A stretch of 64,000 bases of DNA, from the NCBI GenBank assembly GCA_905480105.1, contig CAJQPC010000032.1, positions 827 to 64,826 on the forward strand, read 5' to 3'. Positions within the stretch are counted from its first letter, which is position 1. Every line of letters begins with the position of its first letter. Of the stretch, positions 54,079 through 63,684 are shown in pieces. Made by a program: the position numbers and the translations under genes. The notes under the pieces are model-generated. The model was given only the letters and a program-made list of their open reading frames with translations. It did not search any database and had not been told where the DNA came from. The DNA is from an uncultured bacterium. GTDB lineage: Bacteria > Myxococcota_A > UBA796 > CAJQPC01.

Positions 54079-55301
54079 CACGCACCCGGCCAGAGCACAC
54101 CAGCGGAGACCAAGTCCGCAATGGCCTGGGGCTGCATGCCTGCCCATTCACTCAGCACCTCGGCGCTGTGCTCTCCAAGGTCTCCGCCGGCCCATTGGGT
54201 GCCCCCTGGAGTCTTGGACAGGCGGGGGGCCAGCTCGGGTAGCACCATCTTGTGGCCGCCGACGTGCACCTCGGGAAAGAAGTTTCTGGACTGGAGCTGG
54301 GGGCTGGTCAAAATCTGCGAGGCATCTTGAACGGCACCGCCCGGAACACCGGCCTGGGAGAGCAGGACCACGCACTCGGCGACCGTCATGCTGCGTGTCC
54401 ACCCTGCGATCAGAGCGTCCAACTCCCAGCGGTGAGCCACCCGGCCAGGGTTGTCCACAAAGCGCGGATCCTCTCCTAGCTCCGGCTTGCCCATCGCTGC
54501 ACACAGGCGCCGAAATACCGACTCTCCATTCGCGCCGATGACGACCTCGCCGTCGGAACAAGGGTAGCCACCCGTGGGGGCCAATCCGGTGATGGTGCCA
54601 CCCGAAGGCTGTCGTACAACGCCGATGCTCGCTTCTACCAAAGTCGCCTCCAGCAGGGTCAACACGCTCTCCACCAGGCTCACGTCCACCACCTGAGCTT
54701 CACCGCCGCGCTCCCTGTGTAGCAGGGCCAAGAGCACTCCGAGAGCTGCGTGCATGCCGGCCACCGTATCGCCGATGCTTAGGTTTGCGCGTTTGGTGGG
54801 CCCATGGGGCTCCCCGGTCAAAAAGCGAAGTCCACCCACTGCTTCCGCCACCGCCGCGTAGCCTGGACGTTCCCGCAAGGGACCCGTCTGACCATAGCCA
54901 GAGACCCGGCAGTACACGAGCTTGGGATTGGTCTTGGAGAGCTGATCGGGACCCAGCCCCCATGCTTCCATGCGCCCGGGCCGAAAGTTCTCGATCACCA
55001 CGTCGGCCTGCTCCGCCAACAAGGTCACCACGTCCCGGCCCGCCTGAGTGCGCAGGTCAAGGCTCACCAAGCGCTTGTTTCTAGACAAGGTCCGCCACCA
55101 CACCGATGTGTCCCCGGCCATGGTGCGCCAGGCGCGAATGGGGTCCCCCGCCGGAGCCTCGATCTTGACCACCTCGGCGCCAAAGTAGCCCAGCAGAGTG
55201 CCGCAGAAAGGCCCCGCGATCAGCTGACCAAGCTCCAAGACCTTGATCCCCGAGAGCGCGCCCACTGGAGCCTGTACTGCTGGAGTCTGGCCCGCGCTCA
55301 C
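54078..55301 (-). CDS. CaiB/BaiF family (class III) CoA-transferase
   Basis: LSGIKVLELGQLIAGPFCGTLLGYFGAEVVKIE N-terminal signature. About 400 aa. Confidence 0.85.
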   Translation of the reverse strand: MSAGQTPAVQAPVGALSGIKVLELGQLIAGPFCGTLLGYFGAEVVKIEAPAGDPIRAWRTMAGDTSVWWRTLSRNKRLVSLDLRTQAGRDVVTLLAEQADVVIENFRPGRMEAWGLGPDQLSKTNPKLVYCRVSGYGQTGPLRERPGYAAVAEAVGGLRFLTGEPHGPTKRANLSIGDTVAGMHAALGVLLALLHRERGGEAQVVDVSLVESVLTLLEATLVEASIGVVRQPSGGTITGLAPTGGYPCSDGEVVIGANGESVFRRLCAAMGKPELGEDPRFVDNPGRVAHRWELDALIAGWTRSMTVAECVVLLSQAGVPGGAVQDASQILTSPQLQSRNFFPEVHVGGHKMVLPELAPRLSKTPGGTQWAGGDLGEHSAEVLSEWAGMQPQAIADLVSAGVLWPGA

Positions 55302-56296
55302 GTGCAGCTCTCGCCTTGGGGGGTGTCTCGCCCGCGCTGCCAGCAGTAGAGCTCTTGGCCAGCGATGTCCTTGAAGGAGACCCTCAGGGTCTGGGGTGTG
55401 ATGTCCAAGACGGCGTAGCCAAAGCTCGACTCCCCCCAGAGCACCCCTTCCGTCGCTGTGGGCTCACAGCCTGGGAATTCCCGGAGCTTGGAGCCCGAGC
55501 CCGAGGTCGCGGCAGGTACCCCGTCAAAGACCCCCATCTGCAGCAGGTGGGCGTGGCCGTTCACGTAGAGGTCCGGGGTGATCTCCTGCTCGGCCAGTCG
55601 ACCGCCCACAAAGTCGTCGCCGACCTTGTCACAGGCCGTCTTGTAGACATGGTGACCGGCCACGATGGCCCAGTCGCCGTTGTCTTTTTCCAGGAACTCT
55701 TTCACCGGATCCCCCGGCCACTGACGGTGCGGCGCCGAGGTGTGTAGAACCGCTACGCGGGCCGGTCCAATGTCTACACCGTAGCTGGTGTCGGGGAAGA
55801 TCATCTCCTCGTGCTGCTCGGCATACAGGCTGTAGCAGCGCTCCCGGGAGGCACTGCGCTTACCGGCACGGCGACCGAAGAAGCGACGCTTCAGGTACTC
55901 GCCGTAGGGGCCCACGTCGTGGTTGCCTAAGACAAGAAAAACAGCCGGGGCCAAGCCGCCCACGTGGTCGTACAGGTTCGCGTCCAGTAGCTCGCCGGCC
56001 CGCTCCGGATCATCTCCGCGTTTGCACTCGGGCGCCTTGTTGTAGAAGAGATCGCCAAGATCCAAGATGATCGTCGCTTCTTCCCCCCGCAAACTCTCTC
56101 GCAGCTGGGCACGCTGAGCAGGGGTCATCTTGTGGGGGTCCCCCTCTATGGGCAGAGCTCCGGTGTCCCCAATCAGGATCACGCGGGCCACATCTTGACC
56201 CGGGTCAGCCAAGGGAAGCTGTGCCTCTTCAAAGCCACGGCTGGCACAGGAAGTGAGGATCAGCGGAAGGGCAGACAACAAAGCACGTGGATACAT
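55298..56296 (-). CDS. Calcineurin-like metallophosphoesterase lipoprotein
   Basis: Lipobox LILTSCAS. Motifs ILIGDTG, LGDLFYN, VLGNHD, VAGHHV and NGHAH. Confidence 0.8.
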   Translation of the reverse strand: MYPRALLSALPLILTSCASRGFEEAQLPLADPGQDVARVILIGDTGALPIEGDPHKMTPAQRAQLRESLRGEEATIILDLGDLFYNKAPECKRGDDPERAGELLDANLYDHVGGLAPAVFLVLGNHDVGPYGEYLKRRFFGRRAGKRSASRERCYSLYAEQHEEMIFPDTSYGVDIGPARVAVLHTSAPHRQWPGDPVKEFLEKDNGDWAIVAGHHVYKTACDKVGDDFVGGRLAEQEITPDLYVNGHAHLLQMGVFDGVPAATSGSGSKLREFPGCEPTATEGVLWGESSFGYAVLDITPQTLRVSFKDIAGQELYCWQRGRDTPQGESCT

Positions 56297-56330
56297 GCAA
56301 CTTGTCTATCGCGTGACTACTCTACACCGC

Positions 56331-56951
56331 ATGCTCTTGCTTCTCTGCACCCTGTCTTGGTCCGCTGAGACACCCCAAAGTCCCAATGCGGTCCAACTGT
56401 CGAGTGCTTCCCGGTCTCTGGCCGAGGCAGAGTACCGGAGCCGCTCCCTTCAGCTGGAACCCTCCGAGGAAGGCTTTAGGGTGCTGGACGGCCGCGGCCG
56501 CACTCTGGACCCCCAGGTCTTCGCCAAGCGCAGCGAGGACTGGTGGACCTGGCAGCGCATCGACTACCAAGAACGGCTGAGCCGGACGGTGGTGAGCAGC
56601 TTTTACTTGGTAGGTGGCCTGAGCGCGCTGGTCGGGGCCAACATCGTGCCTTTGGTGGCCAGCGGTTTTAGCAACCCCGACTTGGCCCAAATTACCCGAA
56701 TCGGCGGCGCCGGCTTGGTCATCACTGGCCTGGGGATGGTGGGCGGGGGCTACTACATCCAAAACCAGAACCAGGCCCGCTTAGCGGACCCCAACGCCTG
56801 GTGGAGCCCCAGCCAGGCCCAGGAGCTGGTGGACAGCTACAACAAAGATCTGGCGGAGCAACTCCGAATCCCCCCTCCCGAAAGCGAGCCCCGGGTGGAG
56901 CTCAAGCCCAGCCTTGGCCCCGGCGCAGTAAGCTTGGTGGGCCGCTTCTGA
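56331..56951 (+). CDS. Hypothetical membrane protein
   Basis: Signal-like MLLLLCTLSWSA. Two central Gly-rich TM helices. The start is uncertain, with an alternative ATG at 56295. Confidence 0.5.
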   Translation: MLLLLCTLSWSAETPQSPNAVQLSSASRSLAEAEYRSRSLQLEPSEEGFRVLDGRGRTLDPQVFAKRSEDWWTWQRIDYQERLSRTVVSSFYLVGGLSALVGANIVPLVASGFSNPDLAQITRIGGAGLVITGLGMVGGGYYIQNQNQARLADPNAWWSPSQAQELVDSYNKDLAEQLRIPPPESEPRVELKPSLGPGAVSLVGRF

Positions 56952-56966
56952 GTGGCCCAAGGCCGT

Positions 56967-58064
56967 TCAGGCCGGTCCGAGACGCCCGGTCTGGCCTCGT
57001 AGGCGCAGCAGATGGTCGACGAGCACCAGGGCCACCCCAGCCTCGACCATGGGGACCGCCCTGGGCACGGGGCAGGGATCATGACGGCCCCTGGGCTTGA
57101 TGACAGCCGCGTTGCCATCCTGATCCACGGTGTCTTGGGGCTGGAAGATGGTCGCGACAGGTTTGAAGGCCACCGACAGGGTGATGGGCATGCCGTTGGA
57201 GATGCCGCCCTGGATGCCGCCGCTGTGATTGCTACGGGTGCGAACGCCGCCCTTTCCGTCTGGCTCGAACGCATCGTTGTGCTGCGAGCCGAGCATGGCG
57301 GCCGCGGCATAGCCGGTGCCCGACTCAAAGCCCTTGGCAGCAGGCAGGGAGAGCATGGCCCGGGCCAGCTCCGCTTCTAGCTTGTCAAAGACCGGATCCC
57401 CCAACCCAGCGGGCACGCCCTTGGCGACGCAGCGGACCACACCCCCGATGCTGTCTCCTTTGCTGCGCACGGCCCGAATACGCTCCTCCATGGCAATGGC
57501 CATAGCGGGGTCTGGGCAACGCACAGGGTTGGCTTCCACCTGCGCCAGTGTGACGCTCAGAGGGTCAATCTCGGCGACGAGCTCCCCGACTTGGGACACG
57601 TAGGCGATGACCTCACCGCAGCCCAGATACGCCAGGACTTGCTTGGCGATGGCTCCTGCTGCAACCCGGGCAGCGGTCTCCCTTGCGGAAGCGCGTCCAC
57701 CTCCCGCCCAGGCACGAATGCCGTAGCGCGCATCGGTGGTGTAGTCGGCATGAGATGGCCGGTACAAATGCTTGAAGGGCGAATACGCTCGGGTATCTGC
57801 GTCCTTGTTGCGGATGATCAGACCGATAGGGCTTCCCAGAGTGCGTCCCTCAAAGACCCCCGAAAGGATCTCCACTTGATCGCCCTCTTTGCGCTGAGTG
57901 GACAGCTTGGACTGTCCCGGGCGACGCCGGTCCATGTCGCGCTGGATGGCGACGATGTCCAAAGGAATACCGGGCGGACAGCCCTGGACGATGGCGCCCA
58001 GACCCCCTCCGTGGCTCTCGCCAAAGGTGGACACGGTAAACAGACGGCCGGTGGTACTTCCCAT
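56967..58064 (-). CDS. aroC: Chorismate synthase
   Basis: GRLFTVSTFGESHGGGLGAIVQGCPPG, RPGHADY-like PSHADYT and GRHDPC motifs. Confidence 0.95.
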   Translation of the reverse strand: MGSTTGRLFTVSTFGESHGGGLGAIVQGCPPGIPLDIVAIQRDMDRRRPGQSKLSTQRKEGDQVEILSGVFEGRTLGSPIGLIIRNKDADTRAYSPFKHLYRPSHADYTTDARYGIRAWAGGGRASARETAARVAAGAIAKQVLAYLGCGEVIAYVSQVGELVAEIDPLSVTLAQVEANPVRCPDPAMAIAMEERIRAVRSKGDSIGGVVRCVAKGVPAGLGDPVFDKLEAELARAMLSLPAAKGFESGTGYAAAAMLGSQHNDAFEPDGKGGVRTRSNHSGGIQGGISNGMPITLSVAFKPVATIFQPQDTVDQDGNAAVIKPRGRHDPCPVPRAVPMVEAGVALVLVDHLLRLRGQTGRLGPA

Positions 58065-58171
58065 GCTGGCCTCCTATCGCCCAGGGTGCCCACGGCGCTA
58101 CCCATCACCGACGGGCGCCCCTATGCCGGCCTGCTGACTCCCCAGCACAATCAGCGGGATATGCGCGCTGT

Positions 58172-59191
58172 ATGCCCGCTGTCTTAGCCTGCCTTGCCGC
58201 CGCCCTGCTCTTTGGGCTGACGGTGCCCGCGACCAAAGCCATGACCGAGAGCGCTGGCCCTCTGGTCATCGCGGGTCTGCTCTACTTGGGCGCGGCCTTG
58301 GGCGCGCTACCGTGGTCCAGGCTCCAGCCGGGTCAGAGCCTGCGCCCCCCCCGCAAAGAGTGGGCCCGCTTGGGTGGTGCAGTGCTCTTTGGGGGGGTGT
58401 TGGGCCCAGCAGCCTTGGTGACGGCCATGGGCTGGGCCAGCGGCACCAGCGTGTCGCTCTGGATGAACTTAGAGACCGTTGCGACCGCGGTGCTCGCCGT
58501 GGCCTTCTTCAAGGAGCACCTCTCCAAGTGGGAGTGGCTGGCGTGCGCCGGAGTCTTGGCCGGGGGCGTGCTTTTGGCGCTCCAAGACGGCTTAGCTGCC
58601 GTACCAGCAGCCGGGCTCGTGGCCCTGGCTTGCCTGTGTTGGGGCTTGGACAACAACCTCACAGCGACCATCGACCGTTTCACCCCCGCTCAGTCCACTC
58701 TGGCCAAGGGCCTGGTCGCTGGCAGCGTCAACTTAAGTATCGGCCTGGGGTTGGGCCAAGAGCTTCCCGACTGGAGCGGTCTGGCTTGGCTGCTCGGCGT
58801 GGGCGCCGTTGGCTACGGCGTCTCCCTGGTTCTCTACATTCAGGGGGCTCAAGCACTGGGGGCCACACGGAGCCAGTTGCTGTTCTCTACTGCCCCGTTC
58901 CTGGGGGCCATCGCCAGCATTGTCTTCCTAAACGAGGCCATGCTCTGGCAGCACTTCGCTGCCGGCGGAATCCTGATCGCCAGCCTACTCCTGCTCTTCT
59001 CACAGCACCACAGCCACAGCCACAGCCACCTGCCCCTCAAGCACACCCACCTGCATGAGCACGACGACGGGCACCACAGCCACACCCACGAGCCCGCGGT
59101 GGTCGGCTGGCACTCTCACGCCCATGAGCACGCCCCAGTGGAGCATGAGCACGCCCACAGGCCGGATCTGCACCACCGCCACGAGCACTGA
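58172..59191 (+). CDS. EamA/DMT-family transporter with a roughly 60-aa His-rich C-terminal tail
   Basis: 10 TM helices of EamA type. Tail QHHSHSHSHLPLKHTHLHEHDDGHHSHTHEPAVVGWHSHAHEHAPVEHEHAHRPDLHHRHEH. Confidence 0.8.
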   Translation: MPAVLACLAAALLFGLTVPATKAMTESAGPLVIAGLLYLGAALGALPWSRLQPGQSLRPPRKEWARLGGAVLFGGVLGPAALVTAMGWASGTSVSLWMNLETVATAVLAVAFFKEHLSKWEWLACAGVLAGGVLLALQDGLAAVPAAGLVALACLCWGLDNNLTATIDRFTPAQSTLAKGLVAGSVNLSIGLGLGQELPDWSGLAWLLGVGAVGYGVSLVLYIQGAQALGATRSQLLFSTAPFLGAIASIVFLNEAMLWQHFAAGGILIASLLLLFSQHHSHSHSHLPLKHTHLHEHDDGHHSHTHEPAVVGWHSHAHEHAPVEHEHAHRPDLHHRHEH

Positions 59192-59194
59192 AGC

Positions 59195-59845
59195 TCAGTC
59201 CAGGTCCACGGCCCCCGAGAAGCTCACCCCGATGATGTGGTTCCGAGGATCACTCGGGTCCGAGATCGGAAACTCAGGTCGGTAGTAGACCTTGGCGCCC
59301 CAGTGCTTCTGGCTATAGCGCACACCCACTTCGCCACGCAGCTTCTGCAGGCCAGGGTCTCCAAAGCGCTTCCAGGGCTCCAGGGAGGCGTAGGGCACCG
59401 CGTCCCACTTGACCCGAGGCCTGACCCCCACCTTCAAGCGCAGCGTGTGCTTGGGGTTCTCGTCGGTCCAGGGGGCCCGCCGCTGATAGCGCACGCGGCC
59501 GTCGAGACGCACCGGGCCGGCCTTCCAGTCGGTGTCCACGTCAAGGTGCAGTCGCTGGGTGCGTCCAGCGTCCTGGCCCCCCAACTCCAGCAGGCCATAG
59601 CGGTAACCCAGAGAGAGCTCCAGGTGCTTCCAGTCCGAGTAGCTCAAGGCCAAGTCTGTGAGCAGCTCCTCGGCGAACACCCCCTGTCCAGGGATCACGC
59701 GCAGCTGCTCGGAGAGAGAGAGCTCAAAGTGCTTGGGCAGATCGGCCTTGATGCCGGCCTCTGTCCAGATCTGCACCTCATCCCCGTCCGCCGCCCAAGC
59801 CGGAGCACTCAGGGCAAGCCAGAGCACGCTGAACAACACCGTCAA
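59195..59845 (-). CDS. DUF2490-like outer-membrane protein
   Basis: Signal peptide ...LALSAPAWA. Pattern QIWTEAGIKADLPKHFELSLSEQLR, then alternating beta-strands. TTG start overlaps the upstream stop. Confidence 0.6.
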   Translation of the reverse strand: MTVLFSVLWLALSAPAWAADGDEVQIWTEAGIKADLPKHFELSLSEQLRVIPGQGVFAEELLTDLALSYSDWKHLELSLGYRYGLLELGGQDAGRTQRLHLDVDTDWKAGPVRLDGRVRYQRRAPWTDENPKHTLRLKVGVRPRVKWDAVPYASLEPWKRFGDPGLQKLRGEVGVRYSQKHWGAKVYYRPEFPISDPSDPRNHIIGVSFSGAVDLD

Positions 59846-60426
59846 CCTCGCGGCTTGGCGGTGATGACCAGCTCCGCGGTAGACATCAGCAAGTCAACCC
59901 GACCCACGCGAATCTCTTCGCAGCTCATGCCCAAGCGCTCTTCTAAGTCGGCCAACAGCTCGACCCTGCGCTCTGGAGCCAACAGTTCCATGCGGTCATA
60001 GCGCATGGACAGGGTCTGGCGCCCCCCCCGGTGTCTCGCATACTCCAAGCTGCCAGCGACCACCAAGATCAAGGTGTTGAGAATGCCCAGCTCCGCAAAA
60101 GAAGCATTTTCTCCAGCCACGCCGTTGATCACAGCAACACCGATCATGATAAAGACGTAGGTCAAATCACCGATATCTAGGGCGCGTGTTCGGTAGCGCA
60201 GAATGCCAAAGATCGCGAAGAGCCCCAGGCTGACGCCCAGATCAATACTGACCTTGGAGAGCATCGACGCCAGGCAAAAGGTCACCAGGTTGAGCATCGC
60301 AAAGGTGAAGGGTGCGTCTCCCTGAGGACGAAAACGCAGATAAATGAACTTGATCAGGATCGCCGCGACGATCAGATCGAGTCCCAAGTGAAGGAGCAGG
60401 TCAGTAGAGATGCCCAAACTCGACAT
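59842..60426 (-). CDS. DUF4956-like membrane protein
   Basis: LIVAAILIKFIYLRFRP...FAMLNLVTFCL...GLFAIFGILRYRT pattern. Follows the VTC gene after 3 nt. Confidence 0.7.
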   Translation of the reverse strand: MSSLGISTDLLLHLGLDLIVAAILIKFIYLRFRPQGDAPFTFAMLNLVTFCLASMLSKVSIDLGVSLGLFAIFGILRYRTRALDIGDLTYVFIMIGVAVINGVAGENASFAELGILNTLILVVAGSLEYARHRGGRQTLSMRYDRMELLAPERRVELLADLEERLGMSCEEIRVGRVDLLMSTAELVITAKPRG

Positions 60427-60429
60427 AGT

Positions 60430-61266
60430 TCAGCGTTCCAGGATGTGATCGGAAGAAGAGACAGCACTCAGCTTGCCCAGGGTACGACGCAGGGGGGCGA
60501 ACCAAGCCGGCGAGGCCCCAGGCGTAAGAAGACAAGTGCCCACACAATACTTGCTCATGCCCCTTGGGCGCATCCCGGCCCGGGTAAGCAGCGCCAATGT
60601 AGGGGTCTCGGAGCGGGGTTCAGCCGACTTGACCTCGAGCACGCACACCCCCGGCAAGCCACCGATGCGTCCATCCAAGCCAAAGCCAATACACAGATCC
60701 AAAGTGAGCCGCTCAAGCACATTCTCACCCAGAAGAGTCAGGCGATAGAAGCGGTTGGCCAGGGTTGGAACCAGTCCGTCCACAGGAACATGTCCGCCTT
60801 CGGACAAAAATGCAGCACCCGCCACATCTACGCGTCGCTGGCGCCACGTTTGGGGCAAACGTCGCTTGTGGGTGTCTCCACGGGGCACGCGGTCCTTGAT
60901 CTCAAGCATGGTCAGGTTGCGATCCAGGTAGTCGCGATGGCGCACCTTAAATCGGCGCGGCTTGCCCCGACGGTGGTCGTGAAAGCAGACCTGCTCCGGG
61001 GTGTCGTAGTACTGAGAGCTGTAGCGCCCCCAGCGTGCCTGGTCGGCCATTAGCACCAAGTGAGTCTTTGAAAGAGCACGTAGAAGCTCTGGAACCATGG
61101 CCTGACGCAACACGAACTTCCAATCACTTCGCACCGTCAGAGCGCGATCCGCCAGCAAGTCCAGGCTGGCCACCCCAAGGGGCTCAGCCATTTGGACCAA
61201 CTCCTGAGGGGCCGGTCCCAGATCGGGCAATGCATGGGCAAGCAGGTGGGAGGAACGTGGATTCAC
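60430..61266 (-). CDS. VTC-domain (polyphosphate polymerase / triphosphate-tunnel-like) protein
   Basis: SDWKFVL...YSSQYYDTPEQVCFHDHRRGKPRRFKVRHRDY...MLEIKDR matches the VTC/CYTH-like pattern (E-x-K, Y-x-D-T, R-x-K-x-R, E-x-K). Confidence 0.75.
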   Translation of the reverse strand: MNPRSSHLLAHALPDLGPAPQELVQMAEPLGVASLDLLADRALTVRSDWKFVLRQAMVPELLRALSKTHLVLMADQARWGRYSSQYYDTPEQVCFHDHRRGKPRRFKVRHRDYLDRNLTMLEIKDRVPRGDTHKRRLPQTWRQRRVDVAGAAFLSEGGHVPVDGLVPTLANRFYRLTLLGENVLERLTLDLCIGFGLDGRIGGLPGVCVLEVKSAEPRSETPTLALLTRAGMRPRGMSKYCVGTCLLTPGASPAWFAPLRRTLGKLSAVSSSDHILER

Positions 61267-61271
61267 AGTCT

Positions 61272-62720
61272 CTATTGTGACTCAGGAACGATGGTGGGCA
61301 CGCGGCCGCCTACACCCAAGTTTAGGCCAAAGACCCGGCCTTGATCTCGATCCATGATGTAGAGGGTCTCCGACGACCAGCCCCCAATGTCATGTCCAAA
61401 GTGCATGTTGGGGATCCAGCTACTAGGCAGCTTGACCACCTCGTCAGCCTGGGTACTGCCGGGCTCAAAGCGCCAGATCTTGCCAGCGATGTACTCGGTG
61501 ACGTAGACGTTGTCACACGCGTCGACAATGATTCCGTCCAGACCACCGTCCTCCCCGCCAAAGGGCGACTCGCACTCCAGACGGGGGCCCCCAGCACTCA
61601 CGCAGGAACCGATGTAGGGGTAGTGAGTGTCCGCCTGCTCGCAGGAGTCCCCTTCACTCAGCCCCTCGCAGCTCTTGGCGCCCGACTCACCCCAGACGTA
61701 GCAAGCCTTGACCCCCTGGGAGGTGCCGTAGCACTCACCACTTTGGCCTTCCACGGAGCAGTTGGCGCCATCCATCTTGCCTACGCACACCTCGGTATAG
61801 GAAAACGGGGTGAAGGGGCAGAAGAGCTCCGAGCCAAGACAGCTACTCTCTACAGGTGCTCCAAAGAGCTCAGTGCTACAGGCATCACCCAGGACCTTGC
61901 CCTCACAGGCCTGTGTGTCCCGAACAGGAATGCAGCTCAACTCGGCATTGCACAGGCCCAAGGAGTAGCCCCCGGTGATGCAGTAGTCGCCTTCAGCCTC
62001 GCAGCTCAATCCGGAGTCGTCCAGCACGCTGCCAATCTCCGTGGCCGTGCCAAAGACCCCGTCTACCTTGGGGATGGTGTGCACCGTCCCGCCACCAAAG
62101 CTCCCAATAAACAGGCTGCCGCCCTGGCCAATGGCCACGCCGTTTGGAGCGAACAGATCGGTCGCGAGCTGGATTCCGTCCCCGCTCTCACCGTCCACCT
62201 CCCAGACAATCCCAGTGTCCTGGTCGGCCACATAGATCATGCCCTCGGCGCTAATGGCCACCCCGTTGGGATAGCTCAATCCCGAGAAGAGCACTTCGCT
62301 ACCGCCATTGGGGGCGACCCGAACCAGTGTGCCTCGTGCGGCATCGGCCACGATGAGGTTGCCGTTGGGCAAGTAAGCCGTGCCGGCCGTCTCCCCCAAA
62401 CGTGGCGCGATGACCGTTTTGGTACCGTCTTGCAGCACCGAGGTCAGGTTTCCGTTGAAGTCCACGGAGACCAAGCCACCGTCAGCCCCAAAGGCAAAGT
62501 CCTCGGCCCCGGAGAAACCGCGCAGAGTGCTGTACTCCAAGGGCAGCTCCGGCAGGCTGTCGCACTCCTCAGGACGTATCCACCCGCTGTCACCCGTTTC
62601 GCCCGTGTCGCCGGTCTCCCCGGTGTCTTGTGTGTCGACGGTGCCCGTGTCATCCCCTTCGACCTTGTCGCCGTTGTGGCAAGCAAGAGCGAAGAGCATG
62701 AGGGTCAGAGAAAACAGCAT
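61272..62720 (-). CDS. SMP-30/gluconolactonase/LRE-like beta-propeller lipoprotein with an inserted Cys-rich module
   Basis: Lipobox LFALACHN. Propeller blades (NGNLIVADAARGTLVRV, YPNGVAISAEGMIYVADQ, APNGVAIGQGGSLFIGS, DACDNVYVTEY). A roughly 150-aa insert holds about 20 Cys. Confidence 0.7.
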   Translation of the reverse strand: MLFSLTLMLFALACHNGDKVEGDDTGTVDTQDTGETGDTGETGDSGWIRPEECDSLPELPLEYSTLRGFSGAEDFAFGADGGLVSVDFNGNLTSVLQDGTKTVIAPRLGETAGTAYLPNGNLIVADAARGTLVRVAPNGGSEVLFSGLSYPNGVAISAEGMIYVADQDTGIVWEVDGESGDGIQLATDLFAPNGVAIGQGGSLFIGSFGGGTVHTIPKVDGVFGTATEIGSVLDDSGLSCEAEGDYCITGGYSLGLCNAELSCIPVRDTQACEGKVLGDACSTELFGAPVESSCLGSELFCPFTPFSYTEVCVGKMDGANCSVEGQSGECYGTSQGVKACYVWGESGAKSCEGLSEGDSCEQADTHYPYIGSCVSAGGPRLECESPFGGEDGGLDGIIVDACDNVYVTEYIAGKIWRFEPGSTQADEVVKLPSSWIPNMHFGHDIGGWSSETLYIMDRDQGRVFGLNLGVGGRVPTIVPESQ

Positions 62721-62724
62721 GGGT

Positions 62725-63684
62725 CTACTCGCAGATTTCGATGGCTTGGTTGCACGTCAGTCCTTCCGGACAGTCTTCGTCGTCGGTGCAGGGGGTGAAC
62801 CCGGCGACCCGAACATCTGGATTTCGACGGCTCTGAGTCACCAGATCCACACAGCCGGGATCGATCTCGGCCCGGTCCAGAGTGCGCCGGGACAGGGAGC
62901 CATTGGGAAAGCCGGTCACGCCGGCCACCACAAGGGCGTCGATGGCTGCCGCCGGCACCAGGCCCTGGCCATCGTCTTCGAAGTCGCACACCAGAGTGCT
63001 GGGGGAGGCGCCGTGCTGATCAATGCTCAGACGCACTTCCACCCGTGAGCGGCCAGGGCTGGCGGTCCAGTTGACCGTCAAGTCTTTGCCCTGCTCCAAC
63101 ACCAGGGTCTCTTCGGGCAGCACCAGGGGCTCCACGGCGACCCCGTGCAAATCGAAGTTGCCAAAGTCACTGTTCTCTACGCGCAGCTGCAACAGATCCC
63201 CTGTGCTCGCGGCTGGCTGGGGCAGGCTGGTATCAAAGTACTTGTCTCCAGGCTGGATGGGGTCCATCACCACATCACGCGCCAAGCCAGCAATGGTGAC
63301 CTGACCGATGTTCAGGGAGCTTGGATAGGGCACGCAGATGCCATCCAAGCCGCAGGTCTCATCACTCTCGCAGCCCCCCTCGCAGAAGGGGTTCTCGCGC
63401 TTGAAGAGCTGACAATCCCCGGCGGCGGTGCCCGGGGTAAGCACCGTCACGGGCACGATGCCATCCGAAACGCTTCCCTCGGCGATGGTGTAGTCGCCGT
63501 AGTCGGCCACGTTGAAGGCGCCAACGTGAGTCTCCATCGGGCACTCTCCAGCCAACTCCACTGTGGCCGGATCCCCCTCGGGTGGGGCCAAGCCCTGTAT
63601 CGAGGTGTCGTCGACCAAAGCCGTGTCCCGAGGCTCCTCGTCCTCGGTGCAGGCCACAAGACTCATCACAAGGATCCAGATCAT
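62725..63684 (-). CDS. Hypothetical Cys-containing lipoprotein
   Basis: Lipobox MSLVACTE. GC3-rich. 4-nt gap to the downstream gene. Confidence 0.6.
   Translation of the reverse strand: MIWILVMSLVACTEDEEPRDTALVDDTSIQGLAPPEGDPATVELAGECPMETHVGAFNVADYGDYTIAEGSVSDGIVPVTVLTPGTAAGDCQLFKRENPFCEGGCESDETCGLDGICVPYPSSLNIGQVTIAGLARDVVMDPIQPGDKYFDTSLPQPAASTGDLLQLRVENSDFGNFDLHGVAVEPLVLPEETLVLEQGKDLTVNWTASPGRSRVEVRLSIDQHGASPSTLVCDFEDDGQGLVPAAAIDALVVAGVTGFPNGSLSRRTLDRAEIDPGCVDLVTQSRRNPDVRVAGFTPCTDDEDCPEGLTCNQAIEICE

Noticed and set aside
61341-62798. 485-aa plus-strand ORF, and similar long ORFs at 3805..4872, 40139..41176, 43460..44950, 45037..46089 and 48887..50155
   Set aside because: All lie antisense to genes with clear catalytic motifs or lipoboxes and have shadow-ORF composition.
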